Shown here: positions 13,801 to 27,383 of the stretch, piece by piece
How positions within the stretch are numbered: position 1 is the first letter of the stretch
How the letters are laid out: each line of letters opens with the position of its first letter
Assembly (NCBI GenBank): GCA_965644265.1
Contig: OZ286460.1
Coordinates: 52,886,001-52,950,000, forward strand
Length of the DNA stretch: 64,000 bases
Direction: 5' to 3'
Source of the DNA: Glycera tridactyla
Lineage: Eukaryota
The notes under the pieces: model-generated
What the model was told of the DNA's origin: nothing
What the model saw: the letters and a program-made list of their open reading frames with translations, nothing else
The model's database searches: none
Translations under genes and position numbers: made by a program

Positions 13801-16800
13801 TTTGAACTTGCTAACCGATCATTCACCTAAGCAACTGATGAAACACGTCAATAATCACATCTGTATTGGTGGAGTACAGTGTTGTGCATTTCATCTTTTG
13901 GGATGACAAATGTAGCCCACAATTTGGGATAGACTTGGACAAAATCCGATGGAAGTATATATCCCCCACCTCACCTATATTAGGATAATGATTTGCATAT
14001 ATGTAAAATTGGTATAATGCTTTCCAAAATGATTTCACACTGCATAAAGATTTAGCATCAATTTAGCATCAATGCCAAAATCACAAGAGACATAGGTGAG
14101 TTCACTGACATAAATTCTGCAATGATTTTATATTCAATCAAATAGCATATGGCAGAGACCTGTTTTCCATGAGTGAAGGTATTGAAAAAATAGTGAAGGC
14201 AGTGGTGGGAACAACTCCATTGCTCCGATATAAATCTTGGCAAAATTGCCGCCCAGCATGGAATGTGTAATTGTATCAGCGGCGAGTGGTCAAGCTGAAG
14301 TCCATCTGTATTGTGCCCACTCAGAGGATGGCTGTATGGTCAGGGGGCCACCGAGGGTGTTTAAATGATTCAATGAATACCTGATGAAATGGGAAATAAT
14401 GGGCGGAAGGGGGTGCATACCCCATAAATCACATTAGAAACAGGGCAGTGAGCACAAGGGCACCCAAACAGTATCCAACACCCATCTCACATCTTGCTCT
14501 CTAACTTGACACTTCCAACACCATGACAAAAATCTTTCAGTTGCATTTTCTTATATTGAGATATGGCAGAGCCTTGATTATCAAATTACATGAAGGCATC
14601 ATTTTCGTGCTACTCATAAAAGTTTCACATCAACTCGTCACAGAGACTTATTCTGATCTTTTATGTAATGAGTCAAATTAAAGTAATCAGTATTCAAGTG
14701 AGTGAGGGTTAGTTTACTTTCATCCCCCCCCCCCCAACTCTCCATCCTAATTTCATTGTCCACCTGCTGGCCACCTGTTGACCAGCACCTATCTTTAGTC
14801 ACCTAGGATGATAGGGGTTTGCCAGAGGGAGATAGGGGTTCCTGAACCAGGTCAAAATACAACCCAAGAATATGGTTCCCTACTGCCAAAATCTGGCGAC
14901 AGAAATATTTCAGTTAGACAATGATACTTCAACCATCCTTTCGCCACAAACTAAGTTATAAGGCCAGATGCCACAGCAAGACATTCCTGACAATTTCCAA
15001 TTTTATTTTCTTCAAGATATCATGAATGATACATAAACATACCTAAGCAGCTAAAACTTCTGAAAAACAGCAATTCTTCAATATGGAGTAACTGAGATCT
15101 CCTCACTGCAGTACAGAGGCCAAGTTATCTATGTATGACAGTCATCTTTTCATACAGTCAAGCCAGAATGAATAGTTCTGTAAATACACGAGTGACACAA
15201 GTTGCCTAATCACTGTGGGAATGGGGGATAGACAATAAAATGTTGGTTAGTTCCCAGCAACAGCCTCCAGGCTATGTGCCAATGTGTCCACTTTATTACA
15301 TATGAATACATATGTGTTAACAACAACCCTTTAATGACTACATGACTAATGACTGTATCTATCGCCAATGATTCCAAAACTAGATAGTAACATAATACCC
15401 TAAACATCATCCTATTAAATGAACTTGTATGCTGAAATCTTTGACAAAACTGATCTTAGTGACAAGACACATGATCACCCTTTTGATTGACTATGAATCA
15501 TCCACCAAAAGTTATTCTCTTAGCAAAGTGTTTGTCATTGAAGTCTCAAGTATGCAATGATTTGTTCGTTTGTCGTGATTCTAATACAAGGAGCTTTATC
15601 ACAATGCAAACCACCATAATTTCCAACCCTGCAAATTTTCCTGCTAGCAAATATACCTCAAAATAGGAGAGCTAAATATTAAGAAATTCAAACCTGAATT
15701 CCAGTAGGTAATTTGCGATTTACTCCTGCTGTGAAAAGGCAAACTGTGGATTGACAGATACAATATACTGACTTTATGATGATGTGTGAAAATGTAGCTA
15801 AGGCAAAGCCTGTTAATCTCCTGTGTTGACTTTGATATCAGGGAAGTAATCATTGGATAAAATGGCCATAAATGTGTGCAAACACATCGAGAGATGATGG
15901 TATAGTAAATGTTTACTGACATTTAATACACAGCTCTTTCCATTCAGTCCAAACATATTTATGGTTCAATATTATACCATTATATTGTGGATACTGGCTT
16001 TAACACCAAGAGCACCAGTCGCAGTTGATCTTCTTGCATGGCAATGTGCATGTTTGAACAGGAGTGATTCATGTTTCATGCATGAATTCTACTGAAAATA
16101 ACACCGCGCAAGAGACATCAAATCACCTTGATTCAGTACACCCATGGAATGCAAAGGTCAAATGACTTCGGCCAATATCCTGTGGTTTGATATCATATTT
16201 GTCCTTTAGCCATGTTTCTCAAAGACAAGTATGTCCGATCAAAACCACCCAATTTTTTCATGGAATTCTACTTGAAAATGGAATCGGTGGTGGAGGCAAA
16301 GGATGCCACAGAATAGAACAACTTTCATTAAAATCACCTGAAATGTATGAATAAAGGCAAGATTGATTGCTCAATGACAGTGTTAACTAGATTGTAAGTA
16401 ACTTCGAAATCTATCCCCATGTGAAATTGCCAGTACCTAAATATCCCACTTGTTCTCACAAACCTCTGAAAGGCTAAGCTCTAAATAGCAATAGATTTCA
16501 TACGGCAACGTTTTTCTGTCCTGGTCTCTTGTAAAATCATCCATGCATGTTAATGTGTTCTGAATCACCCATGTATAACGGGTGTTCCAAATGATATCAA
16601 AACTCTTGGTCGGTTCACATAGCTGGGAATAAAGTCACGTAGTTTGTCAGTTACTCCACCTGTATATGGGTTCAATGGATAGAGAATACGCATCTAAATT
16701 GCAACTTGTGGTGGCACATGGTGGGTTAATGCTAATATAAATGCTACTCTGTATGGTATATCAAACAACAAAGATGAGATTCAGATTATCCTGGTTAGAT

Positions 16801-19800
16801 TTTAGTGGCACCCAATACATGATTTCAATATTAACATGCATTAGAGCTGCATGCTTTTTCAAAGCTTTTATAAATATTACGTTTGGTATTACTCTATTGG
16901 ATAAGTGGGCCTACAGCATACATACAGTCGCTTATATCCACTTCATCTACTTGCACTCCAATTCAAAGTGCAATCAGGAAATTTCAATCCTCAATGATAT
17001 GAAGAGGAAAGCTATATCCGATGTCCCATTGAAGGCCAAATTGCTTTGACTTTTCTCCAAAATCAGAGCTACCATATGCAGGGCACCTCTCTATCTGCTG
17101 GAGTTTACTATGGATGTCACTGTCTCAAATTGGGGTGTCTGTAATGCTCATCGAAATGATCCCTTAGGTATAGTTTGGCAAGTGATGGGTTTGGGTGGAT
17201 GGAGGCGGCGTGCAGTCAGGCATGCTACACAATGGCCAGAAAGGTATGATAGTCTGAGAGTGCTGTGGGACAAGACGACCATCAAATCCACATTTGGCCG
17301 GTCAGCCGGTCCTTGGACAATGTCAATGTGTGCTTCAGTCCTGCTGAAATGGGCTTCCTTTCTGCTGGTAGGGGTGGCGCATATAATGTGCCTCCTCGGG
17401 CCTGATGAGGTGAGTTGAGAGTGGGCTCACTTGATGATAATGATGATAATGATGACCACCACAGGCACAAAGATGATCATCCTAACTCTGATTTGTATAC
17501 ATTTCTCACCACATTCAAGAGAACCACAATGATATGTTTTAGACGGGTATGATAGGAATGATCGATAAGACAATACCTTTATCTAAGCTATATAATACTC
17601 TTCCTATAGAATTGTGTGATTTCTGAACTTAATGAGGCTCTCAGAAAGTAAACAAAGGCCAAAGGATGCTGATGGTTGCTGATGTGGCAATCATCAGACT
17701 CTTACAACTGATGCTATCTGCCTTGAGCAGCACTGAGCAGCCTCCGAGCAGCACCCCCACTCAATGGCTCGGGTGCCAAATGGTCATTTGTATCCGGTCA
17801 TCTCGGCCACCTAATGTACATCATCTTCACCAGCAATGGCCATCTCGCCACCACACTGACCCCATGATGGACACCAATCAGCAATATGCATCCATAATTG
17901 TCTCAACCCCAGCTCCGACTCCGACCTGGACAGTCCCAACCTATAATTACACACTCATGACTATGCTGATGATGATATTGTGATGTTTCTATTTACGAAT
18001 ATATGTAATACATATATACAAGAGCCGAGGCCTACCTCGATGGCTTTGACCCCTATGTCAATCAGTGGCTATTATTCTGGACAGATATGAGAAGAAAACC
18101 CATATTTCAATCCACCAGACCTTCAGTAGAACATGAAAGAGGCACAACTCAGTACATACCTGTGACCTCATGGATGGTATTTCTCTATCTTAATCCATAT
18201 TTGGATCCATCTTACTTTCTTATAAATATTTGATAAATCAAGTTTCTAAACTCAAGGATGAGAGAATAATCAGAGACTCACAAATATGGAGTCCAACAGC
18301 TTTGGGACTTTGATCCATATATCCATTATGAATTCAAAATATATATTCATAAAACTGGTACAGTATTACTGCAACATGAACAGGAAACGATGACTTACAT
18401 ACGGCACGTTTGATTCATATTTCATGTGATAATACTGATTAGAAATATATCGATGGAGGATGAACACACAGCTGGCTGCTGCAAAAGCATTGTGTTGATA
18501 CCTATATGATGATTTGAGATGAACAGTGGTCGGCATTTCTAGTCAAGCAGGATGATGTAAAGGATGATGGAACACAGACAAGAGCCTAAGTCATCATTCC
18601 AAAGATGGAGTGAGCATGAGGGGTGGGGTGGGGGAGGGGGGGGGGGTGGAGAGAGCGGAGGATGTGTGAACCTAATCCACCACTGACCATTATCTACAGC
18701 AGACATTTCATTGCCATAATCTGCAAGATTAACAGCATATCCCAACAGGCACTCCCAACATTGCTGCTAAATGCACAGTTTATGCGAACCAGCCCCCCCC
18801 CCCCCCCCCCCCACCCCAACCTGCTGCAGCACAGGCAATAGCTTCAGTTCACACATCTGCATCCAAAAATACTCATACTATCTCTCTGTGTTTCTTCATC
18901 TCCATTTCTGTCTGTCTGTCTGTCTATACAAATTTGAAGGCTTACCAAAGGCTCTATATAGATTTCAAAAGAGAAAAATATCAATGCTCATTCAGCTTAT
19001 CTTCATCGGAGGCAATACAGAGGTTTATATACATTTTTTCTCAGCGACATTTGTTAAATAGGGACTCGGAATGGGTGAGAATACTTCCAAGCTCCAAGCT
19101 CCAATCGGATCTGAACTCGTTTGATAACATGTGGCTATCTCACTGGTCATGTGCCCTCACTCTATCATATGAATATACGCACTCACGCCAGCCACAGGCA
19201 ATGCCTTTCACATTCAAATCTGGCATAATCCACTAATGCTATTCATCAATGTATCCATTCAGGATGTATCTTGCCTGATTGTGATCGCCAGCGTGGCCCT
19301 TATCCTTGCCTGGTCAAATCTTATATAGAATCCAAGCACTCGCCCAATACAATATCTTGCCAAACCCGGTCTGACCCGAAAGCCACCTCTAGCAGATATC
19401 TTGCCTGTTTAGGTGGACTGATTAATTTACAAACATAGCCCGTCTGTTTATAGCACCTATATCAGCAAGAATATGTAAAGCAATGGTAAGCGTAGCCTGA
19501 TTAGTGTAGCCCACTCAGTGTCTAGGTGACGCCAAGGTCACGTGTTATTTCCTCACGTCCCAGGCGCATAATATCGTTTCGTTGCCATGAATTTTATCAA
19601 TGTGGAATCGTACCTTTATTATGATAATTTCATACAGCATCACTGCCATAAATTCCACCTGACTTGCCTCCTATGCCACCTAACCTGCTTGAAATATTCA
19701 TCTTGTCCCGGGCCAAAGCGGCAACAATTTCCCGCCACTAGCCATCGTTGATCCTTTCCAGTATAATCAGCACATGACTATGCCCCGTGCCTGGTCACCA

Positions 19801-22019
19801 GAATGTCAATTCCCTGCCTCCTGTTTTGTTCACCTCAACAATAAATGAGCCAAGGCACATATTGTTGTCATGGCTCCTGAAGTCCTCAGCCTGACCTACA
19901 TCATAATGAGTTGCTGCCTTCAGACAAATGACCTCCTGGACAGAATGTCTTTGATTCTGCTAGGAGACTACCCTAAATATATTCTACCTCTACATTTCAT
20001 ACTAAATGTTGCGAAACCCCAAGTTCTGGTGAAACTACAGGCAAGAAATACCAATACAGGTTACATAATATACATCCAAGTCGAAGAATACCATTTTTAC
20101 TTTGTCTCACCCAAACCTACCAATATCAACATCCAACCCTTTGAGAATATATTTCAAATTGAGAAAGAAAAAAAAGAAGAAAAGTAGATGCAGATGCACA
20201 GTTATCCATTTCTCTCAGATTCAATATGATGTTTAAGAATCTAATATTCATTCTAGGTAGGAACAGTTGCCAAGTTTTGTTCTGACCTAGATACAAGAGC
20301 AGACTATATTCTGCTTTTTATCGGATAAATTTGTCACGATAATGATGAAATGATGTATAATGACCCACTTTAGTGCCCAAAGGATCCCACACCAAGCTGC
20401 CAATAGTGCCATATATTGAGACTGCCATCTCGGCAACTGACCTCCTGTGGTCTTGCCACGCTGTACGCAAATTAGGCATTCTGTCGGCGTACGCCTCTCA
20501 TTTAACATGATCGCTCACAGGAAAACATGGCGAATGCTAAACATTCGAATGAGATGCGGCTTTTTTCCCCTTCTACAGACTGGGTAGTAGATGCATACCT
20601 AGAGAAGGTGGCAGGGTATAAATAATGCTGTGACTAGGAGCATCTATCGGGCCATACGTTCTCTCCCCGCCCCCAGCTTCGCAAGTCATACATGATGAAA
20701 TCCATGATCATCTCTTATAGCTCTACCTATCAACTGAGAGACTTCAAGTTATTGCAAACAAAATACTTGAACTGAAGAAAAAAAGGTCAAAATAGACAAC
20801 CTTTGCACCAGTTATCGAAATATATTTCAGTCAAGCAGAACTAATGTTGGAATGAAATGGGTTGGTTTAGGCAATATTCAATTGATGCTCGAAATGCACC
20901 CTAAGGTCCCAGGTGAATACGGACTAAATCTCCAAGCACTTGACAAATATGATCTAAATAATTGCCTTGGTTAATGGATAGCCAACAATGGGGGCGTACA
21001 ATATACCCTCATCCCAGGCAGAGTCTGCCACTGCACGATGACCCTAATATGTTAATGGCTTTAGAATAGAACACCTTCGTGTCCCAACGGTGATGCTTTG
21101 TGTTAAAACAGCATTATGCTATACATTAGTTATATCTATATTGGACTGCACCACATATAGATTATGGATGAACACTGTGGAAACTCCAAATAAATTTGCT
21201 TGTGATTTCATCCGATCCTCTCCGCATGTGAGGCAGTTGGACCATGCGAAATATACAAGTAGTGTTCATCACTGAAAAATTGCACCTCACTTGAATGTGG
21301 ACTATACAGTTGCACCTGCACTAAACAGGCCCATACTAAGAAGTCATCTATCTTAGCCAGCCACACAGAGCATCTGACTATGATTCACCTGTCTCAGAAG
21401 AGAAACTCTCAATAAGTAATTATTTCTTAGCTTTTGCTAGATTGCCTACTTTGGATAATTTGACTCTACGGAGTTTCTTATCAGTCAAAAATGACTTCAG
21501 TATTTCCTTTGACACTGTGTGGGAGGGGGGGGGGGGGGCTACACAGTGAGAATTACACCACAATATATCACACAGGTCATCCATCCATAGATGATTTAGA
21601 ATCCCACATGACTTTTAGCGAGATATAGATCTTACAACTCTGTAATCAACACAGATGAAGTGACTCTAGATGATCAGTTATTCAAAAAAATGTCATGTAG
21701 ACCAGTCACCGAATAGTCTCTGCTACATTCCACATGATATTGCCTGTGAAATATTTGAGCGATTACATCAAACTCAGCATAAGTTTGATGGGGTCATGGT
21801 AGATATAATATATATCACAGCCCATGTGGGTCTCTGCCTATTGTTTTCTTGTGCTGTCCTTGATGAGACTGGGCCGAGCACTCTGAGAGCACCTGCTCAT
21901 GGGGTGTGAGTCACACTCAGTCCAGATGGCCCCCAACAGGCACCCAAGTGTGAGCAATCTAAAGATGCCAGACACTGACCTCTGTGAGCAAACATGCCTC
22001 GTGAGTTCGTGACTTTGCG

Positions 22020-22202
22020 GCTCACACTCACTCTCACACACATGCACACTCTCACACATGTACACACACCAAAATCCACACTCACATGCATGCACACATA
22101 CTCACTCACAAACACCCAACCAGCCACCTCACTCACCCACCCACCTCACTCACCCACCCAATCACCCACCCACCCACACCCACACACCCACATGCACACA
22201 CA

Positions 22203-22255
<53 letters not shown>

Positions 22256-22265
22256 AAACACACAC
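22020..22265 (+). repeat. (CA)n microsatellite and CA/CACC-rich low-complexity region
   Basis: Pure CA run at about 22206-22253 with degenerate flanks; explains the His/Thr-rich ORFs here. Confidence 0.95.
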
Positions 22266-23964
22266 TGGGTCATACTATGCATACATTTTGAAATTTCATT
22301 ACAGTCAAATATCTGCAAACAGAGAATAGGAATGAAGCCTATACAGATAGTATTTGAAACAGAAGCAGGTAATTTTTTTATCGAAGTCTTTGAACACACC
22401 TACTACGCCATTTATTCCGATCACTGCCAACTTGTCAAGATTAGATGATGATCACAGGATATGGTCCGGAATTCAACATTTCAACATCAGCGCTCATTCA
22501 CGGAACACGAGTTTAAAAATGCATTAACCTATTTCAAAAGGTTACCTGCTATAAGCGAGCGTAATAATAACGAAATGGGGTCCGAGTTTTTATCTTAGCA
22601 CTCAACGCCAACAGAACGTGAACAGGATGCCGAATACAGAATACGCTGAATCTTGAAAGGTCATTTTCAGGTGGCTCCCACTGTGTCGGGGTATAGACGT
22701 GAAAATGGTTGGCATAATGGAATGCCATTCAAATGCAAATGAAGCAACACCAAGGCACAGCAGTTAGCGAGTCAGACGGAATTCCATTTGCGCTCACCTG
22801 TTTTAAGTGAGTGCTGTATATATGATGATCGGCTAATCACACCCAGTGCAGCCCTGATTATTCTCCCAGCTCCCCGCCTCATAATCACCTCAACGCCCAT
22901 AAATGCAAGTGGGTTCATTTCCAATGATCAAATAATAAGAGCCATATTAGGTAATGCTATTCTTGGCATCAAGCAACCCCAGTCATGCATGGACCTAATC
23001 TATCCAGTTTCTGTAATGTTCGAAGAAAAACTCATTCCTTCAGTGATGATATTGAGATGAAGCAAAATATCCAGTGATTCTATTTCCTAAACAATCTCAG
23101 CAAATTGAGATTGCTGATTGTTTGGACATCACCAATGATGGGAACCAAAGTAGGTGATAGTCCAAATCAGATTGACCAGAAAAATGTATACCTTTCAAAT
23201 AATGTGAGTTAACATCTAAAACATCATAGAAGCATATTAGTAAGCACAGACATGACAATCTTTAGTAGGTCTATGAATCCCTGATTAATGAATCCCTGAG
23301 ATATTTCCATGCAAATGATGCTGATTATTTTTGGGATATCACAATAAATGTACATTCCTCTTTGTTTGTATAGTCAAACCTACCATGCAAACTCACACAG
23401 AAGAGGCCACTGAGGGTCTTCTTCATTTACAATAATATAATATATTTCTTGACAAGAAATCAGCTCTAAGTGAAACCATTCTTTGCTGTCCTTAAATGAA
23501 CAAAACCATAAAACCTCTAAGACACATTGTCTGAATCAAGAGAGAAGTGGCAAACTGGTGCACTCTTCTACAGGATGTTGTTATCAATTCAATGGGAATG
23601 GTTCAATCCAACACTGAATTGACAATAAGTAACCTTTCACTTGGAAAGAAAGGCAAATGGGTTGTTTTTGACCGGGAGTGCATGGGGAGGTTTTGGGATG
23701 TCAAGGTGACAAATAGACAGTGGCACAAACACAATCCTCCTGCTCATCCTGGTTCTAAGTTCAAACTCAGCCCAACTCCCAGCACTGACCCAATTATCCA
23801 ACCTATCCCTGTGTGTGGGNNNNNNNNNNNNNNNNNNNNNNNNNNNNNNNNNNNNNNNNNNNNNNNNNNNNNNNNNNNNNNNNNNNNNNNNNNNNNNNNN
23901 NNNNNNNNNNNNNNNNNNNNNNNNNNNNNNNNNNNNNNNNNNNNNNNNNNNNNNNNNNNNNNNN

Positions 23965-24090
23965 ATGTGTATGTGCATGCATCAGTGTGTGTGTGGGTGT
24001 GTGTGCAGGCATGCATGCTTCTGTGTGTGCATGTATGCATGGGTGCATATCTGTGAGGGTATGTGGGCGGTATGCAGCCTGCATGCATGT
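23965..24090 (+). repeat. Degenerate TG/TGCA low-complexity repeat next to a gap
   Basis: atgtgtatgtgcatgcat.. repeated variants. Confidence 0.8.
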
Positions 24091-26115
24091 TCATGTGAGA
24101 TATGGGGAATTCATATCCTACATGAAAAGAGATTTCGATATATCTTTATATTCACCATTCACGACAATATGATGATCATAATACTGTGGGCTGAATGCCG
24201 AGTATCTGATTTTGTCCTGGAATGTGAGCTGCAGAGGGTGACACACACATATGTGCGTGCATGATGGTAATGTATCAATACTATGGTAATTATCAGTCAT
24301 TGATTGGTCGCCTGTGATATAACAATGATAACTGATCATATCATGGTACTATGACACTGTCTGCTCATGCNNNNNNNNNNNNNNNNNNNNNNNNNNNNNN
24401 NNNNNNNNNNNNNNNNNNNNNNNNNNNNNNNNNNNNNNNNNNNNNNNNNNNNNNNNNNNNNNNNNNNNNNNNNNNNNNNNNNNNNNNNNNNNNNNNNNNN
24501 NNNNNNCTAGAATTAGACAGGAACCTTTGAATGTCCTGCATGGTCAGCTGTATATCTTCACAATGACTGACGACCAAGCCAGCCAAAAAGTGTGTAGGGG
24601 TAATCAGGTCAGATTAGCTTACATCACATATGATTGACAGTCTAAAGACAATCAGATTATCAGATCTAGACAGCTACCATCATAATCTAACTAGTGTTTA
24701 CAACCTGTCACACAGATACCCTAATCGCATGATCTCCGTATCTCATCCTATCACCATTCCCAAGAAGAAATTTGCATTCTTTGACCAAATGATGACAATG
24801 TTCAAAAAGTTTTTCAAAATCTCTCAAATTCTCCGTAAATGTTTGCGGTATAGTAATTGTACACACAGGAACAATTTGTACCCATGTGTAAGACACTAAC
24901 AGTACCACTTGATTTCAACAGGAATGGGTTCTGTGCCATTTATCTAAATACGGAGGATCGAGTTCCGTTAGATGGGTACATTTACTGTAGTAAATTGCCT
25001 GGGTGTTTAGTAAAACTTCTGTCATTACACATTGTGCAAAAGATGGCACTGAACAGGGCTGTACGTAATCGCCTCAACATAATCATTTCAACGTGTGGTC
25101 ACAAGCTAACCTATAATTTGATGTGATTCAGTAACGCAGACACATGTGAGCGCCATCGTCATTATCCGAATGCATGACATGCCACTGTTGCTGTAATCGC
25201 ACACGCTTTTGTGCTGTGTGCGGCATCGATGACACATGCGACCCACGGCTAACAACAGATCCACACGGACCGGGCGGGTAAGCAGGGACCTGGCGGTTCT
25301 GTGAGCGTTCGTACACATGCGAACGCCCCATAACTGTTAGACATTGCCCGTTTCCCTCATGACCCAAGCCCAACCCTGCCACCCTGTAACAGTTGCTGGT
25401 TCACAACTGACAATTATAAACAAACACATCTCGCCACGATCATCCTTGCAAACCATCGATTTCAACCATCGATTAACTATTCAGGTTCCACCAGAGAGCG
25501 CTATTGACCTTTCAATACGCATTGATCCGCACATGAATGTACCCTTTGTCTGTATTTCGGAGCCTAATGTTATTTTTTATACCAGGCTAGTGATGTACAT
25601 TGACTTATATCTGTTCACTGCTGAATGCATCCAATGCACATGTGGACAGTCAGACGGTGTGTTGTGCAACAGCCGACACAAGTCCTATTTCAGTTGTGAA
25701 GCACAATCTAAACCCATATCCAGATGCCTCAGACATCAAAACTTTACAGCCCATTTTATGACAATAAAACGTTCTTCCACCCATTTTTTACCAATTTTTT
25801 TTTTACTCCAAATGTCGAATGCAGCCCATAGCATTCAATGTCAGTCATTTTGTCCAAGGGCAGATGTCAACTCCAACTGTGCTCAGAAAATGAACTATGC
25901 AATAAAACTTATTTTTGACAAGTATCCTGAATATTCTGACTTGTTGAGCTAGGTTTTTTGTCAAAATTTACAGACTTGTATATAACCACTATGATGTCTG
26001 CCAGTGTCCTAGTGTCTGTCTAGTGAGGCAATTAGTTTGAGAAGGGTGTTGAGGTCATCCTGCAAGCTTGTCTCATCATCACCATCATCTGTGTCATAGT
26101 TTGCCCATTTACCGC

Positions 26116-26347
26116 TGATAAGAGAACACACTGATAAGGTCAACAGGCCAGACGGAAGCACTGATAAGAGAGGCAACAGTCACCCTCCCTAGAACCTCCT
26201 TGATAAGAGAGCGAGAGTAACGTGAAAACAATGTTTGCAGCTGGAGGAGGAGGGCAAAGCCAGCCTGCTCTTGGGAGGTGTCTAGACTTCTAACTAGATA
26301 CACTAGAGTGAGAACACCAAACAGAGATGCTCAACAGGAAGTGACAG
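26116..26347 (+). promoter_or_regulatory. Homotypic GATA-site cluster with ETS and MEIS motifs (candidate enhancer)
   Basis: TGATAAG at 26116, 26132, 26162 and 26201, all in the same orientation; CGGAAG near 26153; CAGGAAGTG at 26335-26343 overlapping TGACAG at 26342-26347. Confidence 0.5.
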
Positions 26348-27253
26348 AGATGCTGCTGCTGGTGTTCCAAAAAAGAAATGGCATTAAATGTTTCTCATTC
26401 CTATGCCCATCACTCTCACTTTCACTCCTTCCAAGCACAAACTCCAATGTTCGAGTCCTTTAAAAAAAGTTTCAAAAAATTTATTAAAAAAAACAAAAAA
26501 ACATTCAAGTTCTATGCTCTGACATGTCAAACCACTTCTGCTGGTCCTGATCAGAGGCTTTGCACCCCCCCCCCCCTTCATGTTTCCTTGTTGAGAATCA
26601 CAAATATGACAGGCACNNNNNNNNNNNNNNNNNNNNNNNNNNNNNNNNNNNNNNNNNNNNNNNNNNNNNNNNNNNNNNNNNNNNNNNNNNNNNNNNNNNN
26701 NNNNNNNNNNNNNNNNNNNNNNNNNNNNNNNNNNNNNNNNNNNNNNNNNNNNNNNNNNNNNNNNNNNNNNNNNNNNNNNNNNNNNNNNNNNNNNNNNTCT
26801 GTCTCTACCTGCTTGTCTCTCTGTTTGCCTGCATCTGTCAATCTCATTCCGTGAGAAGATGAAAAGGCATAAAACTGCTGAAAACTTCAGGAAATGAAAA
26901 TAATCTTCAAGACTTGGGATGTCTTGGAATTCTAAGAGATGCATCTTTGGAATCTGTGCCAGAAAAAAGTATCAAAGAGAAGAATGTAGCTGCATGAGGC
27001 AGGATTAGTCTTCCACATATAATAACACTCCACCTTTCACTAAGAGATAACAAACTCACAAACACATGTCCCTTATAGTTCGGACAGATTCTTCTACCTA
27101 CCACAGCCTGTCTTGATTAAGCAAGATTTTTAATTGGAAGATAAGCAAGTCAGTGATATATAAACACAATTTCAAAATGTGTCTATGAGCGATCCACCAT
27201 TATATGCTAGTGGAAGGGCATGCTTCAAACCAACATTTCTTGCGAGAACAGTG

Positions 27254-27383
27254 CAGTAAAACCTCTCTTGAGGGGTACTGTATTACATTTGAGCTTCATT
27301 ATGTATACTTTTACAAAGAGACCACTAGCTTCCAATCTCTTGTATGACTATGTATGCTTCCACGATACAGGTTTCATTAGTGT
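27254..27383. mobile_element. Highly degenerate MITE-like copy
   Basis: CAGTAAAACCT left end, internal gagaccact, right end caggtttcattagtg. Confidence 0.4.

Noticed and set aside
15590-15610. Search for conserved bilaterian miRNAs (let-7, miR-10, -124, -9, -375 etc.); tttgttcgtt near 15570 resembles the miR-375 5' end
   Set aside because: Only a partial match with no hairpin; no full mature miRNA recognised by eye.
21994-22448. His/Thr-rich and Cys/Val-rich ORFs
   Set aside because: Translations of (CA)n/(TG)n microsatellites; the same applies at 32.5-32.9 kb and to the (GA)n ORFs at 50.7 kb.
22792-22815. cag|gtgagc on the minus strand as a ratchet point
   Set aside because: No pyrimidine tract (cttaaaacag).
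25344-25952. Longest gap-free ORF (202 aa, +), and similar ORFs at 51857-52408, 42914-43426, 9171-9707 and 53784-54218
   Set aside because: No recognisable domain, random-looking composition, no supporting splice or start context; expected by chance in 64 kb.
26016-26100. Minus-strand YDTDDGDDETSLQDDLNTLLKL, reminiscent of a CR1/L2 reverse-transcriptase LQ.DL..L motif
   Set aside because: Too short and lacking an intact YADD or flanking RT motifs; the acidic run is not the Meis DDDD-KKR exon.
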